Assembly: GCF_009914755.1 (NCBI RefSeq)
Contig: NC_060947.1
Source of the DNA: the human T2T-CHM13v2.0 reference genome, Homo sapiens
Strand: one strand, 5' to 3'
DNA length: 64,000 nt
Shown here: positions 39,124-52,847 of the stretch, piece by piece
Layout: each line of letters opens with the position of its first letter
Numbering within the stretch: position 1 is the stretch's first letter
Notes under the pieces: model-generated
Database searches by the model: none
Told to the model about the DNA's origin: nothing
What the model saw: only the letters and a program-made list of their open reading frames with translations
Program-made: the position numbers and the translations under genes

Positions 39124-41300
39124 TGGATATTTTTATAAAATTATATTTTCCCTCATTTGCTATTTGGTCATCCAGTAGTACAGTACATAAAGGAAAGACA
39201 GGTACAATGCTTGATTCTTTCCCTTTATCAGTTTTTGAGCTAATAAATTCTTTCCCTGTTATTTTATAAAGGTGACCTATTCTTTTAAATGCCAGTATAA
39301 TGCGTGAATTTAAGCATATTTCATGGAATTCAATCATTTGTAATTGTTATTGTCAAAGTCCACATGTTTTGGCCAATGAGGGTCTCTTCAAGTTGGCTCT
39401 TACATCCTTTTAAAATGACCCTAGTATTGTTTAGCAGCTTCTATGCTATCTGGAATTAAAAGACTTTTCACCCTCACTTTATATATATATACATATATAT
39501 ATATGTATGTATATATACATATGTATATACATATTTTGCCCTAAATCTGGAATCAGCCATTTCCTCAAAATATTCTGTTAGAGAAAAATAATATTTCAAG
39601 ACTACAATCTAGGCACTAGGCTTGTTAATTACTACTGAGTTGGGATTACAACTAAATTTATTATTCAACAAAACTAGGAGATTCTAGGGGATATATATAA
39701 TTGAAACCCTGAATATGATAGAAATATCAACATGAATTATTGAGAATCAAGACAATGTATACATATGTATATATTTATATATTGTAGTATATATTCATAT
39801 ATTACATACATTACATTTATATATTGTATATCACATATATTACATTTATATATTATAGTATATATTTATGTATTACATTTATGTTAGTTATATATTACAT
39901 ATATACTACATTTATATATTACATATATATTACAGACATATACTATTCCCATTATATACTATTACTTTATATACATTATATACATATACTATTCACAGAC
40001 TATTCACATTAAAGCTTACTGTTTTGATTAACTTATTTTCTACTTATTTATTAACAAATTTCTTTTAGAGATGGAGATCTAACTCTATTGCTAGAGTGCA
40101 GTGTTGCTGGAGGCTGGAGTGCAGTGGTGCAAACATGACTTACTGGAACCTCTAATGCCTGGGCTCAAGCTATCCTCCCACCTCAGCCTCTTAAGTACCT
40201 GGGCAGGTGCATGCCACCAGGCCTAGCTAATTTATATTTTATTTTTTAGTGATGGGGGTCTCACTGTGTTGCTCAGGCTTGTCTCCATCTCTTGGCCTCA
40301 AGGAATCTTCCTGCCTTGACCTCCCAAAATACTGAGATTACAGGTGAGAGCCACTAAGCCAGACCTTAACTCCTTTTCTATAATATTTATATCTCCTTTC
40401 TTCCACACTGAAAATCCTGCTTCTTAAGGACATAGGAATGATTAAGTTTGAATATGCTATAATTATTCATTACATACACACTAGGCTCAAAATAACAATA
40501 TTATTACTATCTCTAATATGATTTCTGAAGACATTAAAATATTTTATATATATTCCCTATTTTCCATCCATTTTAAAAATAGTTGGATGTAAACATTGTC
40601 AAAGCATATAGCCATCACATAATAATATCTCCCACCTTTGTATTCACTTAACCTTAGATCTGCTGGTAACTAAATATTTAATGCTCACAACCTATTGTTT
40701 CGGTGAAGTTCCTCTAGTTATGTTGGTTGTATGAAATTTGTTCTCTATTATGACTCCTTAGGAAGAATTCATGGGAACAATGTTACCTGAGTTTTTGTAT
40801 TTTGATAAAAACTTACGACCTTTATACATGAAAGTTAGTTTCAATTGATATAAAACCCTTGGCATGCATTTATTTTTCTGAGTATTTAAAAATGTTATTA
40901 CAGGGTTTTTTGTTGTTGTTGTGAAGCGTTGCTGTCACAGAAGTCTGGTGATACTAATTTTCTTTCCTTCACAAGTCTTCCCTTTGTAAGTGTTTTTCTT
41001 GCCAGTTGTACAAAGGATATTTCTTTTCTTTAAAGTTCTGTAATTATACCAGAATATATTTCAGTATTTGTAGTTCTGTGTCAGTATTCTTACATATGCA
41101 GTGTGCTCATTCAATATGTAGTTTAAAATCATTTTTAGAAAATTTTGTTGAATTAAGATTTTTAGTATTTGTTCTGTTCCCTTACCTTGCTTTCCTTTAT
41201 TGAGAATTTCTAATATCTGTATGTTGATTAATTTCTTATCTATTTAAATTTTTTTCCTTTCTATGTTTTTTTCATTTATTTCTGTGTTTATTTTATTCAT
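39124..41300 (-). mobile_element. Ancient HAL1/L1ME-type element interrupted by TA-rich low complexity (39480-39533, 39755-39995) and an Alu
   Basis: ttttggccaatgagggtctcttcaagttggctc and ctggaatcagccatttcctcaa motifs; ORF1-like tgctgtcacagaagtctg. Confidence 0.55.
40043..40365 (-). mobile_element. Alu (AluJ)
   Basis: Diverged Alu with gggctcaagctatcctccc; TSD ttaact(ta/cc)ttttcta at 40028 and 40366. Confidence 0.92.
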
Positions 41301-41319
41301 TTTTTCTTTTTTACTAGGA

Positions 41320-42205
41320 GAAGGACATGAACAATAATTCTAAAAGAAGAAACATAAGCAGCGAGCAAACACATGAAAAAATGCTCAACATCACAAATCA
41401 TCACAGAAATGCAAATTAAAAGCACACCAAGATGTCATCTTATACCAGTCAGAATGGCTTTTATTACAAAGTCAAAAATCAATAGATGTTTGGCATGGAT
41501 CCAGAGAAAAGGGAAGGCTTATATACATTGTTGATGGGAACGTAAATTAGTTCAACCACTATGGAAAACCTCATCTCCATTCCATTCTCCCCAGTTTGGA
41601 GTCCCCAGAGTCTATTTTCTGTATCTTTGAATATGGAGATATATTTGTAATAGAACGACTATTTAAGCTAACAATTTCACTACTGGGTATCTACACAAAG
41701 GAAAAGAAATCATATGAAAAACACATCTGCACTCATATGTTTATTGCAGCACCATTCCCAATAGCAAAGTTATGGACCCAACCTAAGTGTCCATAAACAA
41801 TTTATTGAATAGAGAAAATGTAGTATGTATACACCATGGAATACTATGCAGCAATATAAAAGAAGAAAATCATGTTCTTTGCAGCAATATGGATGGAGCT
41901 GGAAGCTATTATCCAAATGAACTAACACAGAAGCAGAAAATCAAATACTGCCTGTTCTCACTTTTAAGTGGGAGCTAAATAAAGGGTATACATGGACATA
42001 AGGATACAGAAAATAGACTGTGGGGACTCCAAATTGGGGAAGATGGAATGGAGGTGAGGGTTGAAAATTACCTACTGGGTACAATGTCCATTATTTGGGT
42101 TATGAGTACACTAGAAGCCAAACCCCTACCATTACATATGTAATAGCCATGTATCAAACAAGCACAATGTACCCCCTAAATTTAAAATAAAAGTTAAAAA
42201 ATTTA
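41320..42205 (+). mobile_element. L1PB-type 3' end (ORF2 C-terminus and 3'UTR)
   Basis: LLGIYTKEKKS...MFIAAPFPIAKLWTQPKCP; tgtaccccctaaatttaaaataaaa. Confidence 0.9.
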
Positions 42206-42233
42206 AGAAAAATTTTCTTTCATCTTCTTCTTT

Positions 42234-43951
42234 TAACTTTTATTTTTAGTTTACGGGTACATGTGCAGGTTTGTTACATAGGGAAACTTGTGTCAAGGGA
42301 GTTTCTTGTACAGATTATGTCATCACCCAGGTATTAGGCTTAGTACTCATTAGTTGTTTTTCCTGATCCTCTCCCTCCTTCCCCCCTCTACCCTCCAATA
42401 GGCACGAGTATGTGTTGTTCCCCTCTATGAGTCTATGCGTTCTAATCATGTAGCTTCCAATTATAAGTGAGAACACGTGGTATTTGTTTTCTGTTTCTGC
42501 ATTAGTTTGCTAAGGATAATGGTTTATGATCTTATTCATTTTTATGGCTGTGTAGTATTCTACGGTGTGTATGTACCACATTTTCTATATCCAGTTTATC
42601 ATTGATGGGCATTTAGATTGATTACATGTCTTTGCAATTGTGAATAGTACTGCAATGAAAATATGCATGCATGTGTCTTTAATAGAACAATTTATATTTT
42701 GAGCAGTATATACCCAGTAGTGGGATTCCTAGGTTGAATGGTATTTCTGTTTTTAGGCCTTTGAGGAATCACTACATTGTCTTACACAATGGTTGAACTA
42801 ATTTGCACTCCCATCAACAGTGTGTAAGTGTTCATTTTTTGATACAACCTCACCAGCATCTGTTATTTGTTGACTTTTTAAATAAAAGCCCTTCCAACTG
42901 GTGTGAGATGTTATCTCATTGTGGTTTTGATTTCCATTTTTCTAGTGATCAATGATGTTGAGCTTTTTTTCATAAAATTATTGATCACATGAAAGTCTTC
43001 TTTTGAAAAGTATCTGTTCATGTCATTTGTCCATTTTATAATGGGGTTGTTTGTTTTATTGTACATTTGTTTAAGTTCCTTATAGATACTGAATATTGGA
43101 CCTTTGTCAGATGCATAGTTTGCAAAAATTTTCTCCCATTCTGTAGGTTGCCTATTTAATCTGTTGATAGTTTCTTCTGCTTTGCAGAAGCTCTTTAATT
43201 TAATCAGATCACATTTGTCAGTTTTTGCAATTGTTGCAATTGCTTTGTCACATTTATCATTAAATCTTTGCACGTGCTAATGATATTACCTAGATAATCT
43301 TCCAGGATTTTTATGGTTTGGGGGTTTATATTTAAGTCTTTAATCCATCATGAGTTAATTTTTGTATATCATGTAAGGAAAAGTTCCAGTTTTAATCTTC
43401 TGCATATGGCTTGCCAGTTATCTGAGCACCATTTATTGAATAGAGAATCCATACCCCATTGCTTTTTTTTTTTTTTTTGTCATGTTTGTCAAAGATTTGA
43501 TAGTTGTAGGTGTGCGGTCTTATTTCCAGGTTCTCTATTCTGTTTTCTTGTTCTATGTGTCTGTTTTTATGCCAGTACCATGTTGTTTTGGTTACTGTAG
43601 ACCTGTAGTACAGTTTGATGTCAGGTAGTGTGATGCTTTCAGCTTTGTTTCTTTTGCTTAGGATTTCCTTGGCTATTCGGGCTCTTTTTTGGTTCCATAA
43701 GAATTTAAAAATAGTTTTTTTTTGCCATTGTTATGGAGCATCTCAATGATAGTTTAATAGGAACAGCTTTGAATTTATACATTGCTTTAGGCACTATGGC
43801 CATTTAACTATATTTATTCTTTCTATTCGTGAGCATGGAATATTTTTCCATTAGTTTGTGTCTTCTGTGATTTCTTTGAACAGTAAATTGTAGTTCTCCT
43901 TGTAGATATCTTTCACCTCCCTAGTTAGCTGTATTCCTATGTATTTTATTC
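42234..43951 (-). mobile_element. L1PA13-like host element, 3' part (continues at 50406-52847)
   Basis: 3'UTR gtacagattatgtcatcacccaggtatta; ORF2 (DLIKLKSFC...WEKIFANY). Possible TSD cttcttcttt at 42224 and 52848. Confidence 0.9.
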
Positions 43952-44183
43952 TTTTTTTATTATTATACTTTAAGTTCTGGGATACATGTGCAGAACATAC
44001 GGGTTTGTTACATAGGTGTACATGTGCCATGGTGGTTTTGCTGTACCCATCAACCTGTCACCTAGGTTTTAAGCCCCACATGCATTAGCTATTTGTCCTG
44101 ATGCTCTCCTTCCCCTCACCCTCACCTCCCGACAGGCTCCAGAGTGTGTTGTTCCTTTCCCTGTCTCCATATGTTCTCATTGT

Positions 44184-47100
44184 TCAACTCCCACTTATGA
44201 GTGAGAATATGTGGTGTTTGGTTTTCTGTTCCTGTGTTAGTTTGCCAAGAATTATGTTTTCCAGCATCAACTATGTCCCTGCAAAGGACATGAGTTCATC
44301 CTTTTTTATGGCTGCAAAGTATTCCATGGGGTATAAGTGCCGTGTTTTCTTTATCCAGTCTATTATTGATGGTCATTTGAGTGGGTTTCAAGTCTTTGCT
44401 ATTGTAAATAGTGCTGCAATAAACATACGTGTGCATGTGTCTTTATAGTAGAATGATTTATAATCCTTTAGGTATATATCCGGTAATGGGATTGCTGGGT
44501 CAAATGGTACTTCTGGTTCTAGATCCTTGAGGAATCACCACACTGTCTTCCACAATGGTTGAACTAATTTACACTCCCACCAACACTGTAAAAGTGTTCC
44601 TATTTCTTTGCATCCTGGCCAGCATCTGTTGTTTCCAGACTTTTTAATGATCGCCATCCTAACTGGTGTGAAATGGTATCTCATTGTGGTTTTGATTTGC
44701 ATTTCTCTAATGACCAGTGATGATGAGCTTTTTTCACATGTTTGTTGTCTGCATAAATGTCTTCCTTTGATAAGTGTCTGTTCATATCCTTTGCCCACTT
44801 TTTGATGGGATTGTTTGTTTTTTTCTTGTAGATTTGTTTAAGTTCCTTGTAGATTCTGTATATTAGACCTTTTTCAGATGGATAGATTGCTAAAATTTTC
44901 CTCCATTCTGTAGGTTGCCTGTTTACTCTGATGATAGTTTATTTTGCTGTGCAGAAGCTCTTTAGTTTAATTAGATCCCATTTGTCAATTTTGGCTTTTA
45001 TTGCAATTGCTTTTGATGTTTTAGTCATGAAGGCTTTGCCCATGCCTATGTCCTGAGTGGTATTGCCTAGGTTTTCTTCTAGAGTTTTTATGGTTTTAGG
45101 TCTTACGTTTAAGTCTTTAATTCATCTTGAGTTAGTTTTTGTATAAGGTGTAAGGAAGGGGTGCAGTTTCTGTTTTCTGCATATGGCTGGCCAGTTCTCC
45201 CAGCATCATTTATTAAATAGGGAATCCTTTCCCCATTGCTTGTTTTTGTCAGGTTTGTGAAAGATCAGATGGTTGTAGATGTGTGGCATTATTTCGGAGG
45301 CCTCTGTTCTGTTCCATTGGTCTATATATCTGTTTACTGTAGCATTGCCATATAGTTTGAAGTCAGGTAGCGTGATGCCTCCAGCTTTGTACTTTTGGCT
45401 TGGTATTGTCTTGGCTATATGGGCTCTTTTTTGTTCCATATGAAATTTAAAGTAGTTTTTCTAGTTCTGTAAATAAAGTCAATGGTAGCTTGATGGGAAT
45501 AGAATTGAATCTACAAATTACTGCGGGCAGTATGGCCATTTTCAAGATATTGATTCTTTCTATTCATGAGCATGGAATTTTTTTCCCATTTGTTTATGTC
45601 ATCTCTGATTTCCTTGAGCAGTGGTTTGTAGTTCTCCTTGAAAAGGTCCTTCACATCCCTTGTAAGTTGTATTCTTAGGTATTTTACTCTCTTTCTAGCA
45701 ATTGCGAATGGGCGTTCACTCATTATTTGGCTCTCTGTTTGTCTATTATTGGTGTATAGGAATGCTTGTGATTTTTGCACATTGATTTTGTATCCTGAGA
45801 CTTTGCTGAAGTTGCTTATCAGCTTAAGGAGCTTTTGCGCTGAGACAATGGGGTTTTCTAAATATACAATCATGCCATCTGCAAACAGAGTCAATTTGAC
45901 TTCTCTCTTCCTATTTGAATATCCTTTGTCTCTTTCTCTTGCCTGATTGCCCTGGCCAGAAATTCTAATGCTATGTTGAATAGGAGTGGTGAGAGAGGGC
46001 ATGCTTATCTTGTGCCAGTTTTCAAAGGGAATAATTCCAGCTTTTGCCCATTGAGTATGATATTGACTATTAATTTGTCATAAATAGCTCTTATTATTTT
46101 GAGAGATGTTGCATCAATACCTAGTTTATTGAGTGTTTATAGCATGAGGGGCTGTTGCATTTTATCAAAGGCGTTTTCTGCATCTATTGAGATAATCATG
46201 TGTTTTTTGTCCTTGGTTCTGTTTATGTGATGGATTACCTTTATTAATTTGTGTATGTTGAACCAGCCTTGCATCCCAGAGATGAAGCTGCCTTGATCGC
46301 AGTGGATAAGCTTTTTGATGTGCTGCTGGATTCAGTTTGCCAGTATTTTATTGAGGATTTTCACATCAATGTTCATCCAGGATATTGGCCTGAAATTTTC
46401 TTTTTCTGTTGTGTCTGTGAGATTTTGGTATCAGGATGATGCTGGCCTCATAAAACAAGTTAGGGAGATATCCCTCTTTTTCTACTGTTTGGAATAGTTT
46501 CAGAAGGAATGGTACCATCTTCTTTTTGTACCTCTGGTAGAATTGGGCTGTGAATCCGTCTGGTCCTGGGCTTTTTTTGTTTGGTAGGATTTTAATTACT
46601 GCCCTCAATTTCAGAACTTGTTATTGGTCTATTCAGGGATTTGACTTCTTCCTGGTTTAGTCTTGGGAGGATGTATGTGTCCAGGAATTTATCCATTTCT
46701 TCTAGATTTTCTAGTTTATTTGTGCAGAGATGTTTATAGTATTCTCTGATGGTAGTTTGTATTTCTGTGGGATTAGTGGTTATATCCCCTTTATCAATTT
46801 TTACTATTTGATTCTTCTCTCTTCTTTATTAGTCTGGCTAGTGGTTTATCTATTTTGTTAATCTTTTCAAAAACCAGCTCCTGTATTCATTGATTTTTTT
46901 TGAAGAGCTTTTGTATCTCTAACTGTTTCAGTTCTGGTCTGATTTTAATTATTTTGTGTCTTCTGGTAGTTTTTGAATTTGTTTGCTCTTGTTTCTCTAG
47001 TTCTTTTAATTGTGATGTTAGGGTGTCAATTTTAGATCTTTCCCACTTTCTGTTGTGGACATTTAGGGCTATAAATTCCCCTCTAAACACTGCTTTAGCT

Positions 47101-47978
47101 TTGTCCCAGAGATTCTGGTACGTTGTATCTTTGTTCTGATTGGTTTCAAAGAACTTCTTTCTTTCTGCCTTAGTTTTGTTATCTACCCAGTAGTCATTCA
47201 GGAGCAAGTTGTTCAGTTTCCATGTAGTTGTGTGGATTTGAGTGAGTTTCTTAATTCTGAATTCTAATTTGATTGCACTGTGGTCTGAGAGACTGTTATG
47301 ATTTCCATTCTTTTGCATTTGCTGAGAAGTGTTTTACTTCCAATTATGTGGTCGATTTTAGAATAAGTCCTATGTGGTGCTGAGAAGAATGTATATTCTG
47401 TTGATTTGGGGTGGAGAGTTCTGCAGATGTCTATTAGGTCTGCTTGGCCCAGAGCTGAGTTCAAGTCCTGAATATCCTTGTTAATTTTCTGTCTCGTTGA
47501 TGTGTCTAATATTGACAGTGGGGTGTTAAAGTCTCCCACTATTATTGTGTGGCAGTCTAGGTCCCTTTGTAGGTCTCTAAGAACTTGCTTTGTGAGTCTA
47601 GGTGCTCTTGTATTGAGTGCATATATATTTAGGATAGTTAGCTCTCCTGTTGCATTGATCCCTTTACCATTATGTAATGCTCTTCTTTGTCTTTTTTGAT
47701 CTTTGTTGGTTTAAAGACTGTTTTATCAAAGACAAGGATTGCAACCACTGCTTCTTATTTTTTTTTTTTTTTGCTTACCATTTGCTTGGTAGATCTTCCT
47801 CCATCCCTTTATTTTGAGCCTATGTGTGTCTTTGCATGTGAGATGGGTCTCCTGAATACAGCACACTGATGGGTCTTGACTCTATCCAGTTTGCCAGTCT
47901 GTGTCTTTTAATTGGAGCATTTAGCACATTTACATTTAAGATTAATATTATTATGTGTGAATTTGATCTTGTCCTCAT
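44184..47978 (-). pseudogene. Disrupted L1 ORF2 (EN-RT) of the L1PA8-like element
   Basis: Fragments [40 protein letters not shown] (second catalytic D changed to G) in different frames. Confidence 0.9.
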
Positions 47979-48038
47979 GATGCTAGCTGTTTATTTTGCA
48001 CATTAGTTGATGCAGTTTCTCCGTAGTGTTATTGGTCT

Positions 48039-49062
48039 TTATATTTTGATATGTTTTTGCAGTGGCTAGAACAGTTTTTCCTTTCCATATTTAGTGCTTC
48101 CTTCAGGAGTTCCTATAAAGCAGGCCTGGTGGTGACAAAATCCCTCAGCATTCATTTGACTGTAAAATATTTTATTTCTCCTTCACTTATGAAGCTTAGC
48201 TAGTCTGATATGAAATTCTGGGTTGAAAATTCTTTTCTTCAAGAATGTTGAATATTGGCCCCCACTGTCTTCTGGCTTGTAGGGTTTCTGCAGAAAGATA
48301 TGCTGTTAGTTTGATGGGCTTCCTTTTATAGGTAACCTGACCTTTCTCTCTGGCTCCCATTAACATTTTTTCCTTCATTTCAACCTTGGTGAATCTGACT
48401 ATTACGTGTCTTGGGGTTGCTCTTCTCAAGGAGTATTTTAGTGGTGTTCTCTGTATTTCCTGAATTTGAATGTTGGCCTGTGTTGGTAGGTTGGGGAAGT
48501 TGTCCTGGATAATATCCTGAAGTGTGTTTTCCAACTTGGTTCCATTGTCCCTATCACTTTCCGGTACACCAGTCAATCGTAGATTTGGTCTTTTCACATA
48601 GTCTCATATTTCTTGAAGGCTTTGTTTGTTCCTTTTTATTCTTTTTTCTCTAATCTTATCTTCATGCTTTATCTCATTAAGTTGATCTTCAATCTCTGAT
48701 ATCCTTACTTTTGCTTGATTGATTTGGCTATTGATATTTGTGTACGCTTCATGAAGTTCTCGTGCTGTGTTTTTCAGCTCCATCAGGTTATTTATGTTCT
48801 TCTCTAAGCTGGTTATTCTAGTTAGCAGTTTCTGTAACCTTTTATCAAGGTTATTGGCTTTCTTGCATTGGGTTAGAACATGCTCCTTTAGCTCAGGGGA
48901 GTTTGTTATTACCCACCTTCTGAAGCCTACTTCTGTCAATTCATCAAACTCATTCACCTTCCAGTTTGGTGCCCTTGCTGGAGAGGAGTTGTGATCATTG
49001 GGAGGAGAAGAGTCATTCTGGTTTTTGGAATTCTCAGCATTTTTGCACTGGTTATTCCTCAT
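48039..49062 (-). pseudogene. Disrupted L1 ORF1 of the L1PA8-like element
   Basis: MRNNQCKNAENSKNQ...KQSLQEI* then KRPNLRLTGVPE...FQPRISY; internal stop and frameshift. Confidence 0.9.
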
Positions 49063-49682
49063 CTTTGTGGATTTATCTCCCTTTGATCTTTGATGTTGAC
49101 GACCTTTAGATGGGGTTTTGGGTGGATGTCCTTTTTGTTGATGTTATTGGTTTCTGTTTGTTATTTTTCCTTCTAACAGTAAGGCCCCTCTTCTCAGGTC
49201 TGGTGGAGTTTGCTGGAGGTCTACTTCAGACCCTATTTGCCTGGGTATCACCAGCGGAGGCTTCAGAACAGCAAAGATTGCTGCCTGCTTCTTCCTCTGG
49301 AAGCTTTGTCCCAGAAAATCACCCAACTGATGCCAGCTGAAGCTCTTCTGTATGAGGTGGTCTGTCAACCACTGCTGGGAGGTATCTCCCAGTCAGGAGG
49401 CATGGGGGTGAGGGACCCACTTGAGGAAGCAGTCTGTCCCTTAGCAGAGCTTGAGCACTGTGCTGGGAGATGTGCTGCTCTCTTCAGAGCTGGCAGGCAG
49501 GAACGTTTAAGTCTGCTGAAGATTCGCCCAGAGCTGCCCCTTCCCCCAGGTGCTCTCTCCCAGGGAGATGGGAGTTTTATCTATAAGCCCCTGACTGGGG
49601 CTGCTGCCTTTCTTTCAGAGATGCCCTGCCCAGTGAGAAGAAATCTGGAGAGGCAGTCTGGCCACAGCCACTTTGCAGTGCT

Positions 49683-49895
49683 ATGGTGAGTCCCACAGAG
49701 TTTGAACTTCCCTGTGGCTTCCTTAATACTGTGAGGGGAAAACCGCCTACTCAAGCCTCAGTGATCGCGGACGCCCCTACCCCAACCAAACTCGATCATC
49801 CCAGGTCTACTTCAGACTGTTCTGCTGGCAGCAAGAATTTCAAGCCAGTGGTTCTTAGCTTGCTGGGCTCTGTAGGAGTGGGACCTGCTGAGTGA
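49683..49895 (+). other. L1 antisense ORF0 homologue (70 aa) in the 5'UTR / antisense-promoter region
   Basis: IADAPTPT...SDCSAGS...SVGVGPAE aligns to ORF0 (MAGAPPP...SDCCAS...SVGVGPSE). Canonical ATG is ATC at 49764; upstream in-frame ATG at 49683. Confidence 0.6.
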
Positions 49896-50405
49896 GACCA
49901 CTTGGCTCCCTGGCTTCAGCCCCCTTTCCAGGGGAGTGAACGGTTCTGTCTTGCTGGTATTCCAGGCGCCAATGGGGGTGGGGAGCAGGAAACTTCTGCT
50001 GCTAGCTTGGTGTCTGCCCAAACAGCTGCCCAATTTTGTGCTTGAAACCAAGGGTCCTGGTAATGTAGGCACACAAGGAAATCTTCTGGTCTACAGGTTG
50101 CAAAAACTGAAAAACCGTGGGAAAAGCATGGTATCTGGGCTGGTTAGCACAGTCCCTCAAGGCTTCCCTTGGCTAAGGGAGGGAGGTCCCTGGCCCCTTG
50201 CGCTTCCTGAGTGAGGTGACATCCCACCCTGCTTCTGCTCGCCCTCTGTGGGCTGCACCCACTATCTAACCAATTCCACTGAGATGAACCGGGTACCTCA
50301 GTTGGAAATGCAGAAATCTCCCACCTTCTGCATTGGTGTCCTGGGAGCTGCAGACTGGAGCTGTTCCTATTTGATCATCTTGCCAGATCCCTCTGTATTT
50401 TATTC

Positions 50406-52847
50406 ATTTTGTGGCAATTGTGAATGGGAGTTCATTCCTGATTTGGCTCTCAGCTTGACTGTTGTTGGTGTATAGGAATGCTAGTAATTTTTGCACATTG
50501 ATTATCTATCCTGAGACTTTGCTGAAGTTGTTTATCAGCTTAAGAAGCTTTTGGTCTGAGGTCATGGAGTTTTCTAGACATAAGATCATGGCATCTGCAA
50601 ACAGGGATAGTTTGACTTTCTTGTTTCCTATTTGGATAGCATTTTTTTTTTCCGTTGCCTGATTGCCCTAGATAGGACTTTCAATCCTATGTTGAATAGG
50701 AGTGGTGAGAGAAGGTATACTTGTGCTGGTTTTCAAGAGAAATGCTTCCAGCTTTTGCCTGTTCAGTATGATGTTGGCTGTGGGTTTGTTGTATATGACT
50801 CAATATTTTGAGGTGTGTTCCTTCAATACCTAGTTTATTGAGAGTTTTTAAGATGAAGGGATGTTGAAATTTATTAAGCATTTTCTGCATCTATTGAGAT
50901 AATCATGTAGTTTTTGTCTTTAGTTCTGCATATGTGATGAATCACATTTGTTGATTTGCATATGTGGAACCAAACTTGCATCCCAGGTGTAAAGCCTACT
51001 TGATTGTGGGGTATAAGCTTTTCGATGTGCTGCTGGATTAGGTTCGTCAGTATTTAATTGAGGATTTTTGAATCAATATTCATCAAGGATATGGGTCTAA
51101 AGTTTTCTATTTTTGTTGTATCTTTGCCAGTTTTTGGTATCAGGATAATGCTGGTCTCATAGAATGATTTAGGGAGGAGCTTCTCCTTTATTTCTTGGAA
51201 TAGCTTCAGTAGGAATGGCACCAGCTCCTCCTTTTATATCTGATATAATTCAGCTATGAATCTATCTGATGTTGGGTTTTTTTTTTTTAATTATTGGTAG
51301 GCTATTTATTACTTCCTCAAATTCAGAGCTCATTATTGTTCTGTTCAGGGATTCAATTTCTATTTGTTTCAGTCTTGGGAGGGTGTATGTGTTCAAAAAT
51401 TTATTCATTTACTCTAGATTTTTTATTTTATGTGCATAAAGTTGTTCATAATGTTCTTTTATATTTGGTTGTACTTCTTTGTGTCAGTGGTTAATATTCC
51501 CATTGTTTCTGATTGTGTTTGTATCTTCTCTCTTTTCTTCTTATTAGTCCAGCTAGTGGCCTATTTATTTTGTTAATTTTGCAAAAAAAAAAAAAAACAG
51601 CTTCTGGATTCATGAATATTTTCAATGGTTTTTTGTGTCTCAGTCAGTTACATTTCAGCTCTGATTTTGGTTATTTCTTGTCTTTTGTTAGCTTTAGAAT
51701 TTGTTTGCTCTTGGTTCTCTAGTTCCTTTAGTTGGGATGATAGCTGTTAACTTGAGATCTTTCTTTTTTATTTGGGTGTTTAGTTCTGTACATTTCCCTC
51801 TCATCATTGCCTTAGCTGTGTCCCAGAAATTCTGGTATGGTTTGTCTTTGCTCTTATTACTTTCAAATAACTTCTTGAGTTCTCCCTTAATTTTAGTATT
51901 TACCCAAACGTCGTTCAGGAGCAGCTTATTCAACTTCCATGTAATTGTATTGTTTTGTGTGAGTTTCTTAGCTTTGATTTCTCTAATATGATTGTGCTAT
52001 GGTCTGAAAGACTGTTTTCTTATGATTTCAGTTTTTTTTTGCATATCTTGAGGAGTGTTTTACTTCTGATTATGTGATTGATTTTAAAATAAGTACCATG
52101 TTGAGATGAGAATAATGTACATTCTCTTGTTTTGGCATAGAGAGTTCTTTAAATCTCTATCAGGCCCATTTGATCCAGAGCTGAATTCAGGTCCTGAATA
52201 TTTCGTTAATTTTCTGTCCTGATGATCTATCTAATATTGTCAGTAGGATGTTAAAATTGCCACTTTAATTGTGTCTAAGTCCCTTCGAAGCCTCTAAGAA
52301 CTTCTTTATAAATCTGGGTGCTCCTTTGTTGGGTTTATATGTATTTAGGAAAGTTAGATCTTCTTGTTGAATTGAAGCTTTTGCCATTATGTAATGCCCT
52401 TCTTTGACTTTTTTGATCTTTGTTAACTTAAAGTCTGTTTTGTTAGAAACTAGGATTGCAACTCCTTCTTTTTTCTATTTTTCCATTTGCTTGGTAGATT
52501 TTTCTTCATTTCTTTACTTTGATCGTTTGTGTGTCTTTGCACATGAGATGGGTCTTTTGAAGACAGCATACCTATGGGTCTTGGTTCTTTATTCAGCTTG
52601 CCATTCTGTTTCTTTTAATTGGGGCATTTAGCTCATTTACATTTAAGGTTAATATTGCTATGTGTGAATTTGATCATGTCATTATGATGCTAGCTGGTTA
52701 TTTTTCAGACTGGTTTATGTGGTTGCTTTATAGTGTCACTTGTCTGTTTAATTCAGTGTGTTTTGTAGTGACTGGGAATGGTTTTTCCTTTCCATATTTA
52801 GTGCTTCCTTCAGGAGCTTTGACAAGTCATGTCTGGTAGTGACAAAG
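50406..52847 (-). mobile_element. L1PA13-like host element, 5' part, truncated in the ORF1 C-terminus
   Basis: ORF2 landmarks (KFQHPFILKTLNKLGIEG; NKLLLNDVWVN); ends gtagtgacaaa. Confidence 0.9.

Larger units (their letters stand above)
43952..50393 (-). mobile_element. Full-length L1PA8/7-like element (~6.4 kb) nested in the L1PA13-like host
   Basis: TSD tgtattttattc at 43940-43951 and 50394-50405; T-tail; complete 3'UTR, ORF2, ORF1 and 5'UTR ending ...ggagctgttcctatttgatcatcttgcc. Confidence 0.95.

Noticed and set aside
43952-50393. Retrotransposition-competent L1
   Set aside because: Both ORFs carry stops and frameshifts, and the RT motif reads FADG.
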